Assembly (NCBI GenBank): GCA_038087875.1
Contig: CM075990.1
Coordinates: 12,464,001-12,528,000, forward strand
Reading direction: 5' to 3'
Length of the DNA stretch: 64,000 nucleotides
DNA from: Malacoraja senta
Taxonomy: Eukaryota
The notes under the pieces are model-generated. The model ran no database searches, had not been told where the DNA came from, and saw only the letters and a list, made by a program, of their open reading frames with translations. Shown here piece after piece: positions 51,406-64,000 of this stretch. Numbering within the stretch: the stretch's first letter is position 1; every line of letters starts with the position of its first letter. The position numbers and the translations under genes are program-made.

Positions 51406-51880
51406 GGAAATAAGGGTAATGATTCAGATTAATGTCCTGTCACCTGAATGACCCTGAAAAGTCATTGCCCTGAAACATTAACCCTTTTGCCATTTTTCTT
51501 TCTTACACAAAATCTCACCTGCTTTTCCAAGAGCTTAATAGGTTATAAATAGTTAAGATTAGTTAAGAAATTAATGAGATAAAGAGGTTGATTTTAACAT
51601 TAGGAGAACGAGAATGCAGCCAGCATCACGCTACATTTCCAAGTACACATTCAGCTCTTGATTTCTTGATGGTTCAGTTAACATTACAAATACCTAACAT
51701 TTTCTCCCATTTAAAATAACCAGGCTGGTGGCTCCATTGAAGAAACTGGGAAACAAATGTAATTCAGCCTTGTCCATCCAGCTACATCACCAGTACTCCT
51801 TCTTGACTAAATTAAATATCCGCTTGTTATGCAGTAAAATGCAGAGGCCATTTTGTTCAAACTAACATCCATTAAACAGG

Positions 51881-52077
51881 CGATAGACACAAAATGCTGG
51901 AGTAATTCAGCAGGACAGGCAGCAACTCTGGAGAGAAGGAATGGGTAACGTTAAGGGTCTTGACCTGGAACGTCAACCATTCCTTCTCTCCAGAGATGCT
52001 GTCTGTCCCGCTGAGTTACTCAAGCATTTTGTGTCTATCTTCGGTGTAAACCAGCAACAGCAGTTCCTTCCTACACA
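51881..52077. mobile_element. Penelope-like fold-back (inverted pseudo-LTR) with 14-bp TSD
   Basis: Two inverted arms of the same family, flanked by ATCCATTAAACAGG at 51867-51880 and 52078-52091. Confidence 0.75.
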
Positions 52078-52599
52078 ATCCATTAAACAGGAATGAGGTG
52101 CTATGTCCAGCTATTATGTTTTGGCAGTGCTAATAAAGAGAGCAATGCTGGCTGCTCTAGTTCTTTTACAATGCAGTTGGGAAGAGCTTTTGAGTGGCTT
52201 TCTTGATTTGCCTTCTGACAGAAGTATTGGGAAGTGGAGTCAGCATTCAGGCCCTTCAGCCTGCTCTACTGACCTGGTAAAGTCTAGCTTATCTTCCCAC
52301 ACCATCCTTATATCCTTGAATAAACTCCCCATGAAATGTCCATGAAATGTCCATGGATCCATGGCATGAAAACACCAAGTCACCCTTAACATCTGCTGTT
52401 AGATAGTCCCAGATTGTCATTACTATCTGGGCATCCTTCTCCATCATACCTGGGCAATTCGTCAATGGGGATATTTGCCTGTTTAATTGAAATGGGGGGA
52501 AATTGTTAAGTATTTGCATGTTATTTGAGACCATCAATAATCACAAGAGGGGAGGGGAAACAAAGGGGAATGTACCTGCTAAGGGTACAAGCAAGGAAA

Positions 52600-52603
<4 letters not shown>

Positions 52604-52649
<46 letters not shown>

Positions 52650-53172
52650 GTACGGTAGATTACAGTAATGTACAACACGTATATATTAATACATTTTTTG
52701 TACCGCTTCACTTTTTTAAACTTTAAGAAAGAAAAAGAAAGAAGTAAGAAAAGTGAAGAAAGTGCGCAAAGGTTGTGAAGTGCAAAAGAGTGTTGGGAAA
52801 AGAAAGCCCCTTAGAAAATAAGTTAGAGAAGGAAGTAAAGTTAGAAAATAGACCCTAGAAAAGAAAGAGAAAGAAAGAAGGAACAATCGCTCTATTATAA
52901 CTCTTATAACATACTTCATAGAGAAGGAACTACCAACCAAGTCTGTTTTTATTTTACCTCCCATTACCAGGTCCAGATACCTTTTATTTATTTATTTGTT
53001 TTTCTAAATTACTATTGCACCTCATGCTTGTAATAGGTCCAAAAACGTAGACCACGTCTTTTGAAATTGGTCTACTTTGCCTACTAGGAGGAATCTCATC
53101 TCTTCCAGATGTAATGTTTCCAACATATTTGATGTCCACATTTTTATTGTTGGTGTGGGCGCATTTTTCCAG
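52604..53172 (-). mobile_element. 5'-truncated L1-clade LINE with poly(A) and 15-bp TSD
   Basis: Poly-T at 52604-52645; TSD AAGCAAGGAAACAAA at 52589-52603 and 53173-53187; ORF2-like end WKNAPTPTIKMWTSNMLETLHLEEMRFLLVGKVDQFQKTWSTFLDL. Confidence 0.85.
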
Positions 53173-55033
53173 AAGCAAGGAAACAAACTAAGTGACAAAA
53201 GAGATGAGGGTGAAAGTTAACAAAGAGTAGCGATGGAACTAAAGGTTGATCTTGGAGAAGGGTAAATGGAAGTTACGGAATCATTTGAAGTTGGCAAACG
53301 AATATTCTATGGATGCCGGAAATCTAAAAATAAACATGGAAAATGCTGGAAACACTTGTTATCTAACTCTGTTGAAGACCAGCAATCTGTAATACCCCTC
53401 ATGAAAAGATTAGGTGCTCAGAGAGATTCACAGCACAAAGGATGTTCTAATTAGCGATGGTCAATACTGGAGCAAGTTTTTCCCACCAACTCCATCTTAA
53501 ATAGAGGAAGGAACTGCAGATGCTGGTTTAAACCGATGATAGACACAAAAAGCTGGAGTAACTCAGCGAGACAGGCAGCATCTCTGGAGAGAAGGAATGG
53601 TTGAATGGGTGGACTAGACTAGTCTGAAGAAGGGACTCTACACGAAACGTCACCCATTCCTTCTCTCCAGAGATGCTGCCTGTCCCGCTGTTACTCCAGA
53701 TTTTTGTGTCTATCTTCCCTTGTATATCTATAAAAGTTACCTAAACTTGGTTTAGATCACCTTGTTTCTTCAAACTACTGCATTCAGCGGGAGGGTAATT
53801 GGTTTCAAAGTGCTAGACTCTAATTTTGAGCAAGTTCATAAAATCTCTCAACCTCACCTGTTGGTGACCAAGGACGGACGTGGGAGTGTTAAAGTGACAG
53901 GCGTGCCTTTGCACTGAATGGGAGCCTTCTGCGGAGCCTTCACGCAGTCTTTACTCACTCCCCCCAATGTGCAGGGGACCCACAAGGCGAGCAGTGATCG
54001 CAATATACTGTACACAGTAAACACCTCTCATTTATCAGCTATTCTTTCGTCTAGAATTTTCATGCAAACACCAAAATGGTTTTGAAAATAACCTCAAAGG
54101 CAAATTATATTTCAAGTATTATCCAAAATAAGCATTGTAGATATTTTTAGTTTATTTATGATTACACATGAGGGCAGAGCAATTGTGGGCTGATTACCAC
54201 CAATTACCACCAACCCTGGTCGTGTGGCAAATAAAGTTTCTATCTATCTATCTATTAGTGGCAACATCCACTTTGAGGATTTGGCACTTCAGGCAATGGT
54301 GAGTAGAGTCATTCATTTGATTTATTTTGCAATATTTTCCATTAACACAATTTTTGCCTTAAAATATAGAATTGAAGTGTAAGACATTGTTATTTAAATG
54401 GGTAGAGGGATGACACATAATTTGGCGATTTATTTAAAGGTTAATGCATCGAATATGTTGTACCTAAATTACAATTATAACACAACGTACTTGTGCTATA
54501 ACACTAGGATTAGCGCTCAACCAAGAAAACCAAGCCCAAAGCCAAAGTACTTTCTGAAGTGGTTATACCAACTTATGCTAATGACAATAACTAACTCCAA
54601 ATGCAATAATAAACTACCTACATGTAAACAAGCACATACAAACTGATGTAGATGTAGATGCAAGTGTATCATTGGGGTACCAAGTGGGCGCCTCCCTTCA
54701 CTGATGTTTCGTAGAGTTGGGCCCACGACACCTTGGGAAGGTTCCACAGTTAGTTCTGGTGTCTCAGAACCACCCCCCAGTATATGGAGCACAGTGATTT
54801 TTTTTGAGTAATTCTCATGCACCCAGCATATTTGTGTAACCTGCACCCTCCCACCCCATCGCCACGGTGCCCAAAGGTTGACTGTATTCTGCAGGAGAGT
54901 GGTGGCAGAAACTAGAAATAGTGGAGGCAGTGGTGAGGTCAGGCAGCATCCGTGAAGGCAGAGACAGATTAATGTTTCAGGCCAAGAGGTCGTTCATCAG
55001 GTCAAGAGGTCATTCATTCATCAGAGATGCTAA

Positions 55034-55351
55034 AGCCCCTGTCCCACTTTCCCGAGTTACTCACGAACTCTCCCGAGTTTTCCCCTTGATTCGAACTCGG
55101 GGAATGTCAGTAGCGAGCTCGTAGGAGGCCGTAGGACTCCATAGATGTTTCGTAGCGGCTCGTAATGCCAACCATAGGAACTCGGAGCATCAGGTAAGTC
55201 GGGACGTTTTTTCAACATGCTGAAAAATGTCCACGAGTAAAAAAAATAGCCCGAGTACCTACGAACAGCTATTACCGTAATTCTCCGAGTTCGAATCAAG
55301 GGGAAAACTCGGGAGAGTTCGTGAGTAACTCGGGAAAGTGGGACAGGGGCT
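55034..55351. mobile_element. PIF/Harbinger-type MITE with perfect 67-bp TIRs
   Basis: 55034-55100 is the exact reverse complement of 55285-55351; TAA TSD. Confidence 0.9.
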
Positions 55352-56822
55352 TAACTCAGATTCGCTTTGCAAAGATGCTGCGCCTGACCTGTTACTTAAA
55401 ACAATTATATTTCAGATTTCCAGAGGATTCATTTTATTGACATTTTACGTTCAATAGCACAGAACCACAATATTTACTTCCTGACCATTTTTTAAACTTT
55501 ACTTATGCCCTCAAAATAATTACTCATATTTCTCGTGAGGAAGTGTTCTTAATTTTGAAGATATGATTTCACTTCGTCTTTTGATTCAGTGAATAACCTG
55601 GGTCGGAACATGGGGCTCAGAGTCGTTGAAGAATAACGATTCAATTTTGTTTCCATTTTGTTGATTTCATCATCATGATACTCAAAGTGCTTGCGTAGTG
55701 CTTGAACCCACAATTTTCTGTAGTAATTCTTATTGAATCCCACAAGATGATGGTCGAGATTAAATTGTGTGCTGAGGTATCATGATACGTTTGATCACAT
55801 CACAAGGACAAGATAATGAATCAGCCCAAAGTGTTAGCTAGAGTTTCCCCACCCACGGACCTAAATATTATTCACACATCTATTGAGAGATTTGAGAGAG
55901 GCGACTGTGGAATGCACAGCCAACTATTGTTTACTTTAGTTTAGAGATACAGCACGGACGTCCAAAATATCAAATGAAGCCCCAAAATGTTGTAAGTACA
56001 GTACTCCACAACCCAGGCAGTGGCTGTGGAGGGAGAAACATAATTCACATTGCAGGTCATTGGCTTTTCATCAAAGCTGCCTGAATTGCTGAGTTTCTCC
56101 CTTTATTTCATTTGTACTGAAAATGCAGATTTTTTTTGCTTTTTGTTTTCCAGAATATCCTTTATGCCAAATTGACAATCCTGGAAGTTTCTAAGTAGGC
56201 AGCATAATGACAAATGACGGGCACGGCTTTCTGAAGCCTCCGTCTGGAAACAGCAATTTGCTTCTGTTCTTTGATTCTTTGTGTCCGAATCACAGAGCCC
56301 AACACTTGCTCAAAGGCTAACCTTAATCTGCTCCTTTGAATATTTCCCACTTGTGGATATGGCCATTCATTATCAGTTCAACACTGCTTCATTGAGAGAT
56401 GCTGCACCATTGTGGCCCTGTCTTTATGTGGTACAGTCTACTTCATTGAATAGGGTTTATTTATTCCAATGCACAAGTCATTCTTTTAGCCTGGCTTCAG
56501 TTCATTTGCCACTAAAGTCCACTGCCATGCCTCTTGTTAGATCCAAACTTGGCTCCTCTCCAGCACTGCCTCATCTTTTATATGCATAAGCCTTTCCAAA
56601 AGCTTGGAACCTTTACCCTCACCCACTCCAAGTTCTCTTCACCCATCACCACAGTGCTACACAATTGTCTTTGTCCGTACAGTGCCTTAGCTTTGAAACG
56701 ATCACCCTAGCTTTCTTTAAGAAAGAACTGCAGATGCTGGAAAAATGGAAGGTAGACAAAAATGCTGGAGAAACTCAGCGGGTGAGGCAGCATCTATGGA
56801 GCGAAGGAATAGGTGACGTTTC

Positions 56823-56857
56823 CGGTCTGAAGAAGGGCCCTGACCCGAAACGTCACC
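56823..56857 (+). ncRNA. Minimal hammerhead-ribozyme motif (intact core)
   Basis: CGGT-CTGAAGA-A-GGGCCCTGACCC-GAAAC-GTC-ACC inside the fold-back element at 56718-56918. Confidence 0.5.
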
Positions 56858-58059
56858 TATTCCTTCGCTCCATAGATGCTGCCTCACCCGTTGAGTTTCT
56901 CCAGCATTTTTGTCTACCCTAGCTTTCTTGTTTCTTCTGGAGACTTAAATCCTCAAGATCTTGGCATTTATCAATTTTTCCCCCTTGTGCATCTCTGCTT
57001 TCTCTTATCCAACCATGAAGAGCCACAACTTCAAATGCTTTATAATTATACTCTGGAATTACTTCCCTCAATTGTGCACTCATTCTTTTAAGTCCTTTAC
57101 CAACGTTTTTTTTTTTTTCTTGGACTCCTGTTCTTCAGTTTGCTTGGCTATATTTGAAAACTTTGCAAAACCTGAAGCTTGTAATTTTTTGTTCTGTAAT
57201 GTGAGATTAATTTATTACCAAATGTTTGGTCACCTCGATGTGAGTTATTGTCCAATTTTGTTTGCTACACTTTTGTGAGGCTTCTTGGAAAGTTTTATTG
57301 CACTGAAGCTGCAGAATACATCTGAATGATTGCAGCATTAGGAACTGCAGATGCTGGAATCTTGCTTAAAGTTCAAAGTGCTAGAGTAACTCAGCGGGTC
57401 AGGCGGCATCTGTGGAAGGAATGTATAGGCGACGTTTAGGGTCAGGACCTTTCTTCAGAATGTGAATGTTTGTTGTTTTCTGAAGAGCAGTCAAACACAG
57501 ATAAGCGGGGTTCATTGGAAAGCAGCATAAAGAACTATTTTCACTGAATAGCTGAGAGATTTGTATTGGTTTTAAAATGCGGCATGTCATTCATCCTCAT
57601 AAATGGGCATTTAAATAAATGTTATATATTTTAAACTAGCATAAAATCTTGCAGCTTCGTGAAAATAATTGGAATCGTAGAAGTTATGTCACAGGGGCAT
57701 CCACTTGCTATTGTGTCCATTCCAACCAATAAGTTGTCCAAACTAACTTTTAGTCCAGCTCTCGGTCACAGGCCCTCTATGTAAAGGCACAACTGGACAC
57801 TTGTTAACTACAAGATGATTTCGGCCTCGGACAAAGTTTCTATGTCTCTTCCATGATGTACGTAACGTGACAATGCGATGTGGCCCTTGTGGCTAAAGGG
57901 ATCAGGGGGTATGGAGAGAAAGCAGGTACAGGATACTGAGTTGGATGGCCTACTCCTGCACCTATTTTCTATGTATTTCTATGTTTTCCTCAATTTTCCT
58001 GCACTAATCTTTTTTAAATACTCAAGATTCACTCAATGTACTTACAAACCTTAAAACAC

Positions 58060-58558
58060 AAATATGTTTGAAACATTACACCTAGAAGAGATAAGACTCC
58101 TCCTAGCAGGTAAACCAGATCACTTCCACCTGACGTGGTCTGCATTTATAGAATTATTACAAACATAGGGTGCAAAAGTACTTTAAAAAAAAAATTGAGG
58201 TCAGGTAAGGGGGGATGATAGTTGAAGAGTTGGTATGTCCCATTTACGTAATGCTCATAAAAATATTTGTTTCTTTTTCCTCTTTCTCTCTTTCTTTCTT
58301 TCCTAGGGTCTATTTCTTAACTCTTTTTCTTTTGTTTTTAATTTTGCTCTTATAGGGTCTTCGTCCTTTTTTGTTGTCACATTTCCTACACTTTCACTTT
58401 TTCCTTCACTTTCTTCTTTCTTTCAATCTTTTCCTTTTCTAGTGTAAAAAATAAATGGAGTACATTAATTGTAAGAAGATATAAATGACAAGTACTAATG
58501 TATGTGGTTGTAATGTAATGTACTTCTAATAAAATACAAATAAAAAAACTAAAAAAAA
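58060..58558 (+). mobile_element. 5'-truncated L1-clade LINE
   Basis: NMFETLHLEEIRLLLAGKPDHFHLTWSAFIEL, pyrimidine-rich UTR, AATAAA and an A-rich tail. Confidence 0.8.
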
Positions 58559-59476
58559 CACAAAGGCAATTTAAAAAAAACTGATCTCACGTTGCAGAAC
58601 AAAAGTTGGAAGGTTAAGGTTTTGCAATGTTAGGCAAACTGAAGAACAGGAGTCCAAGAACTTTGAAAAATACCCTTTTCTAGGCCTCCTGACAGAATGT
58701 TTGACTAAACTGCAAACCAGATTTCACAGAGAGCCCACACCACAGCTGAGAGTAGATTAGAGAAAAATCATTGCAATGGGAAGGTTATTGTGAAATGGGA
58801 GAGAAGCTGGGGAACTTTTTTTTTTAATGCTGATGAAATATATTACAAAACCTGAAAGCCATTTTGGGGGGGAAGTAGTTTTGTAATAAACCAGTGAAAC
58901 TGAACATGTCCTGGCATTAAGGGAAGGTTTTGTGTTGCACTTTATTCATCATTGAAGTACTCCAGTTTGTCATGTAGGGCAGTCTGAAGAAGGGTCTTGA
59001 CCCCAAACGTCACCCATTCCTTCTCCCCAGAGATGCTGAGTTACTCCAGCATTTTGTGTCTATCTTCGGTTTAACCCAGCATCTGCAGGTCCTTCCTACA
59101 CATGTCATGTAGGTTAATACACAAAGGTGCTGGAGTAGCTGATGGGGTCTGGCAGCATCTGTGGAGGACATGGATAGGCGACGTTTCAGAACGGGAACCC
59201 TTCTCGGAAGAAGTCTGAAGGTCAGAAGTAGGGTCCTGACCTGAAACGTCACCTTTCCATATTCTCCACAGATGTCGCCTAACCCGATGAGTTACTCCAG
59301 CGCATGGTCTACGCAAGATTCCAGCATTTACAGTTCCTTGTGTCCATCATGAAGGTTATTCGACTTTTAAGGGAGAGGTGTATTTCATGATTGTACAATT
59401 TTAGCAGTAGGCTTTTTCCCTTTATCCAGTTTGTCCATTCATTACATTACAATGATTCAAACCCATTGTGTGTGAC

Positions 59477-59993
59477 TAGGTTTGCCAATTGTCTCGTATT
59501 AGCCGGGACATTCCGAATATTGGGCTAAATTGGTTTGTCCTGTACGGGACCGCCCTTGTGCCTTATTTGACTGCTACCATTCGGGTCGAAGGGACTGTCG
59601 GGTCGGAGCGCCGCATCCGGCCCCGCCTCATCCGTCCCAATGTAGTGCAGCCCATGGAGTGCAGCAGCAGTGCCTCGCCCATGGCCCCGTCGGTCGGTCG
59701 GCAGCCCAGCCAGCTGTCCGACCTTCGGACCTTCGCTTACCGCCGACACCACCACCACCCCTCCTTCTCATGGCCGATCATCGGTTCATGAATTGGATGG
59801 GGCGCCGGCGACGTTGCGCCCGGGCCAAAACTCCTCAGCTGGCCCGCCGGCTGGGCTTTGTGTGCAGTCCAGCACCCGGGCCAACTCCTCATTCATCCAA
59901 CCACGGCCGAGTCAGTCAACGAATTGCCGTCGGGAGTTTGTCCCGTATCTTGACCTTTTGTCCCACTTGGGAGTGAGAAAGTTGGCAACCCAT
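59477..59993. mobile_element. GC-rich non-autonomous hAT-like element
   Basis: Ends TAGGTTTGCCAA / TTGGCAACCC, subterminal GTCCCG/CGGGAC motifs, flanking direct repeat containing TGTGTGAC. Confidence 0.7.
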
Positions 59994-60615
59994 TGTGTGT
60001 GACCCATTCAAAGCCCCTCAAAGCTCCATCATCAGGTGCTCTTCAAGAGCAATCTGGTATTTTCTTTACTGCAACTTAGCTGGAAATACTCAGATCGGCG
60101 CACTTATTCTTTCAGTTTATCACCAAGCAGAACAAATGGCAAATACTATGACACTACTGGTAACCTCACTAGTGATTGCACGTAACTTAGTGCACGATAT
60201 TTATGTGTAACTCCTCTTCACTCATGGCCTCTTCGCAGATACATTTTCCTGCCTTTGCCAGGAGACGTTACTGTAGTTTTTGTTCCGTGCCCTCATTAAG
60301 TAGACTCTTTCCCCGGAGTAAATTGTTGCCTTTAGCCTCATCATACATGCCAAATGCTGCCAGTTATATGCTGACGCCCTGCTTTAAAGACGCAAGTGCA
60401 AACACATTGTCTAATGCCTGCCAGGATATCAGTACGATTGATCATAAATCTCACCGTTGAGATTTGGTTTGTACATTCATTGCATTCCTACATGAAAATA
60501 AAATGCTGATTTTAAAGGAGAGGTTTTGTGCAATAACACCCTAATATTAGATATAGCCAGTCGCATTTCCAAGAGACTTGACCCCTATTTTGTCACAAAC
60601 CCAACTTTGTTCTCT

Positions 60616-60731
<116 letters not shown>

Positions 60732-61296
60732 TTCTCTTGTGTTCTCTCTCCCTTGCTCTATCGCTCTATTTCTCTCTCGCACTTTCTCTCACTCACTCAT
60801 TCAAAAATTGTACTTTCATATGAAATAGTTTAATAATCTATCCTGAAGGCTAAGTGCAGCCTGTGTGGTCACTTTGACACCCTCGCTCTGTGGGCCTCTG
60901 GCCCTTGGGTAGTGAAGGCCCCTTGAGTCCCTGCAAATTCACCATTAAAAATGTGAGTGCTCGCTGGTGGAATTTTTAACAGCGGTTTAAAAGAGGTCTT
61001 ACTTTCTCTAAACAAGCGATTAACCCTGATTTTGTTTTAACTTCTCGTTGGTGACCCTGGTTTTCTTAGATCAGTGAGATTCTCTCAGCCTGAGTGATTT
61101 GGCAGAGATTTCAAAGCCTTTCAAACAAAACCACCTACAGTGATTGAAGGACGGGCTTTGAAAGGGAATTGGAGATATATTGAAGGGATGACAAATTACA
61201 ACTGTACAGGGGGCTGAGCAAAGTGGTTCTTGCAGAGAACCCGCCAGAGCTTGATGGTTAAATGGCTTCTTCTCCTTGCTTTGACAGTTCGCTGAT

Positions 61297-61525
61297 TGTG
61301 TGTGTGCAAGTGTGTGCGCAAGTGTTTGTGCGCATGTAGCATGCGGAAGTGTGTGCATGTGTGTGTGTGAATGTGTGTGTGTATGCGCAAGTGTGTGTGG
61401 GCAAATAGTTGTGTGTGGGAGCGAGTGCGTGTGCGTGCGATACGTGTGCGTGCAAGAGTACATGCGCGTGTGCATGCATGTGTTTGTGAACGTGTCCATG
61501 TGCTAGCATGTATGCGAGTGTGTGT
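61297..61525. repeat. Degenerate (TG)n low-complexity tract
   Basis: TG/CG/CA-rich alternating purine-pyrimidine sequence. Confidence 0.9.
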
Positions 61526-62603
61526 CTGCCTGTGAGTGAGACTGAGACAAAAATGAAGGAAGAGAAACATTTGAGAAGTGAGGGGCAGGGCAAGGGTGAA
61601 ATATTTGCAGACTTCATTTTAATGACATTGTGCACTTGGCGGCACAGAATCACAATATTTACTTCCTGGCCATTTATTATAACTTTACACATGCACTTAA
61701 TATAATTACTCATGTTTCTCATGAGGAGGTGTTCAAGGTAGGTACAACAGCTCAAGTAGAGGCTAATTGCTGTTGCAGGTTCTAGAGATTTACAGGGGGG
61801 CCCCAGTATCACCTTCAGAGAAACCGTTCCAATTACCATATCAATCTGTGAATCAGTCCTGTCAACATACTTTAACAGCTGAACTTGGTTTAAGAAAGAG
61901 AGACAGAGAGAGAGAAAGAGAAAAGCATGCGTCTTAGGAAAATGGAACCAATTTGGCATCAGCATATATTTAAAACACTTTTGTTGGTATCTAAGGTATG
62001 CTCTTTGTCAATAGGAATCCTTCCAGAGATTGTAGATCACCAGGCTTGATGTATACCAGAAGTTAAGATGAAACAGACACTTATTGTGCTTGTTCTGCAA
62101 CTGTGTTCAAGTATAACAAGGGATATCTCCAATAACATAGCAACCCCTCCCTTCAACAGTAGGCCGTTCATTCAGCCCCATTGCTACTTACAGGATGATC
62201 TTGTCACAATTGGTCATAAACCAGCCCAAAACTAATTTATTCCATGATCCGCGCAAAGATCGGGTTACCATATAAGTCAGCAAAGCAATGTAGCTCGTTA
62301 TGGCAAATGAAGCTTGATTGTAAGAGCTCATAGTTGTTATTTACTGTGGGTTCGGGGAGCGTGGTTAACCCAAAACAGTTCGTGTTTTTCTGTTCACACC
62401 CTGTTCTTGTTGATGTTTTTATTGTTTTTAACCTGACACTCCCTCTCCACTGTTGGCACTTGTTTTTTTTAGTTTATCTACTACAGGATGTTGAGTTGCT
62501 CACTCTAGCAGTTGGCAATGATCCATGCCACTTGTGCTCTGCGCTGAGCCACTTACTTAATAGAGAGCTCAGATTCAACTACATTGGTAGTGATTCTGGA
62601 GTG

Positions 62604-62908
62604 GTTTAGTTGAGAGCTGCAGCTGAAACAGGCCCTTCGGCCCACCGAATCCGTGCCGACCAGAGATCCCCGCAAACTAACACTATCCGACACACACCAG
62701 GGACAATTCACAATTATACCAAGCCAATTAACTTACAAACCTATATGTCTTTGGAGTGTGGAAGGAAACCGGAGATCCCGGAGAAAACCCACGCAGGTCA
62801 CGGGGAGAACGTACAATCTCCGTACAGAGAGCGCCCCTGGTCAGGATGGAACCCGGTCTCTGGCGCTGCAAGGCAGCAACTCTACTGCTGCGCCACCATG
62901 CCGCGCAC
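62604..62908 (-). mobile_element. HE1-like V-SINE, near full length
   Basis: Same family. Degraded copies also lie near 16203-16330, 22928-23093, 27140-27416 and 28070-28172. Confidence 0.82.
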
Positions 62909-64000
62909 AAGAGGTGGTGTAGACCAGGTGTGGGAAGCCTAAATGAGCTGCATGGACAGAATGTCCTTGTTTACAACAATGTGGTAACAATGAGCATAAT
63001 CGGTACCAGCTTTTAATTCCAGATTTAGATACTTCCGTTTAAATGATTCAGCTGGCATGATGGGGCTTGACTCATCAGTGGCCCCTGGCTGTTGATCCAC
63101 TGCCCGAAAAAACCACCATGCTAAGTGGTCTGTGGCTAAAGATGAAAGCAGGGACTCGGCACAGTGTGCAGGGACCAATGTTTCCTCCCTTCCTGCTGAC
63201 TCAAGATCTACGAACCAGGGCCAATTGTAGAAAAGCCTTGCAGAATCTTACAGCAGAGGAGGAGGCCATTCGGCCCATCTTGCCCCTCCTTTGGTTCCAC
63301 GTCCTGCAAATGACTACTTGCCCTGTGTTGGCACCCAAAGGTCTTGATCCCACCACCACTTTGTGGTCTCGACCAGGGAGTGAGCAGGAACTTAAATTTA
63401 AGACTAAGGGGTAAGCCATTTGATGAGGGGAAATCTCTTCTCCCAAAGAGTGATGAACCCATGGAAATCTCAGCCCCAGAAAGCAGTTGAAGCTAAATCA
63501 TTAAATATATGAAGGAAGGAATTAGATAGGTGCAGAGGGAGCAAGGGGTACAGAGTTAAAGGGGGAACCAGCTACTGAATTTGTACACAAAAAACTGGAG
63601 TAACTCAGCGGGACAGGCAGCATCTCTGGAGAAAAGGAATGGGTGACGTTTCGGGTTGAGTCTCTCCAGAGATGCTGCCTGTCCTGCTGAGTTACTCCTG
63701 CTTCTTGTGTCTATGGTTTAAATCAGCATCTGCAGTTCCTTCCCACACTGAATCATAGCCATGATTATTAAAGCCTCAAAGGATCAGAGGGCCCTCTCCT
63801 GCTTCTTTCCTCTGAGTTTCTATGTCACGTGTGCTATCCTCTGGAGGGTCACACTCGCCATCTGCTGTGATGGAGTTTGACTTATCAGTGGACCTTGGAT
63901 GCTGGTCGACTGGCTATACCACGTTACAACCACACACCCACCTGTGGTTTGTGGATGTAATGGAGTAAACATGCTCACACACACACATCCACCGCCTCAT

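Noticed and set aside
63855..63868. CTCF-like motif (minus strand ACAGCAGATGGCGA)
   Set aside because: A single imperfect match is expected by chance in 64 kb; it needs ChIP or conservation data.

Overview
Repeat-rich vertebrate genomic DNA, most likely from a cartilaginous fish such as a skate or ray (inferred from HE1-like V-SINEs, CR1/HER1-like LINE tails and protein divergence; not proven). The + strand carries four consecutive CDH23 exons (150, 129, 129 and 228 bp, all GT-AG, phase 0). A CDH23 intron of more than 48 kb follows and runs to the end of the window. Nested antisense in it is VSIR (VISTA/B7-H5). I could splice six of its coding exons in frame (IgV, stalk, TM, a 28-bp exon, cytoplasmic exon, terminal exon); the signal-peptide exon was not confidently found. 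The rest is intronic and dominated by mobile elements. About 30 Penelope-like pieces carry a minimal dimer-type hammerhead ribozyme motif and often form fold-backs with 13-14 bp target duplications. Eleven PIF/Harbinger-type MITEs share one terminal motif but have different interiors. hAT MITEs, V-SINEs, a CORE-like tRNA SINE and fragments of CR1, L1 and Rex1-like LINEs are also present. Almost all short ORFs in the supplied track are artefacts of these repeats. No prokaryote-type system (CRISPR, operon) is present. Human comparisons are from memory, not from a search.
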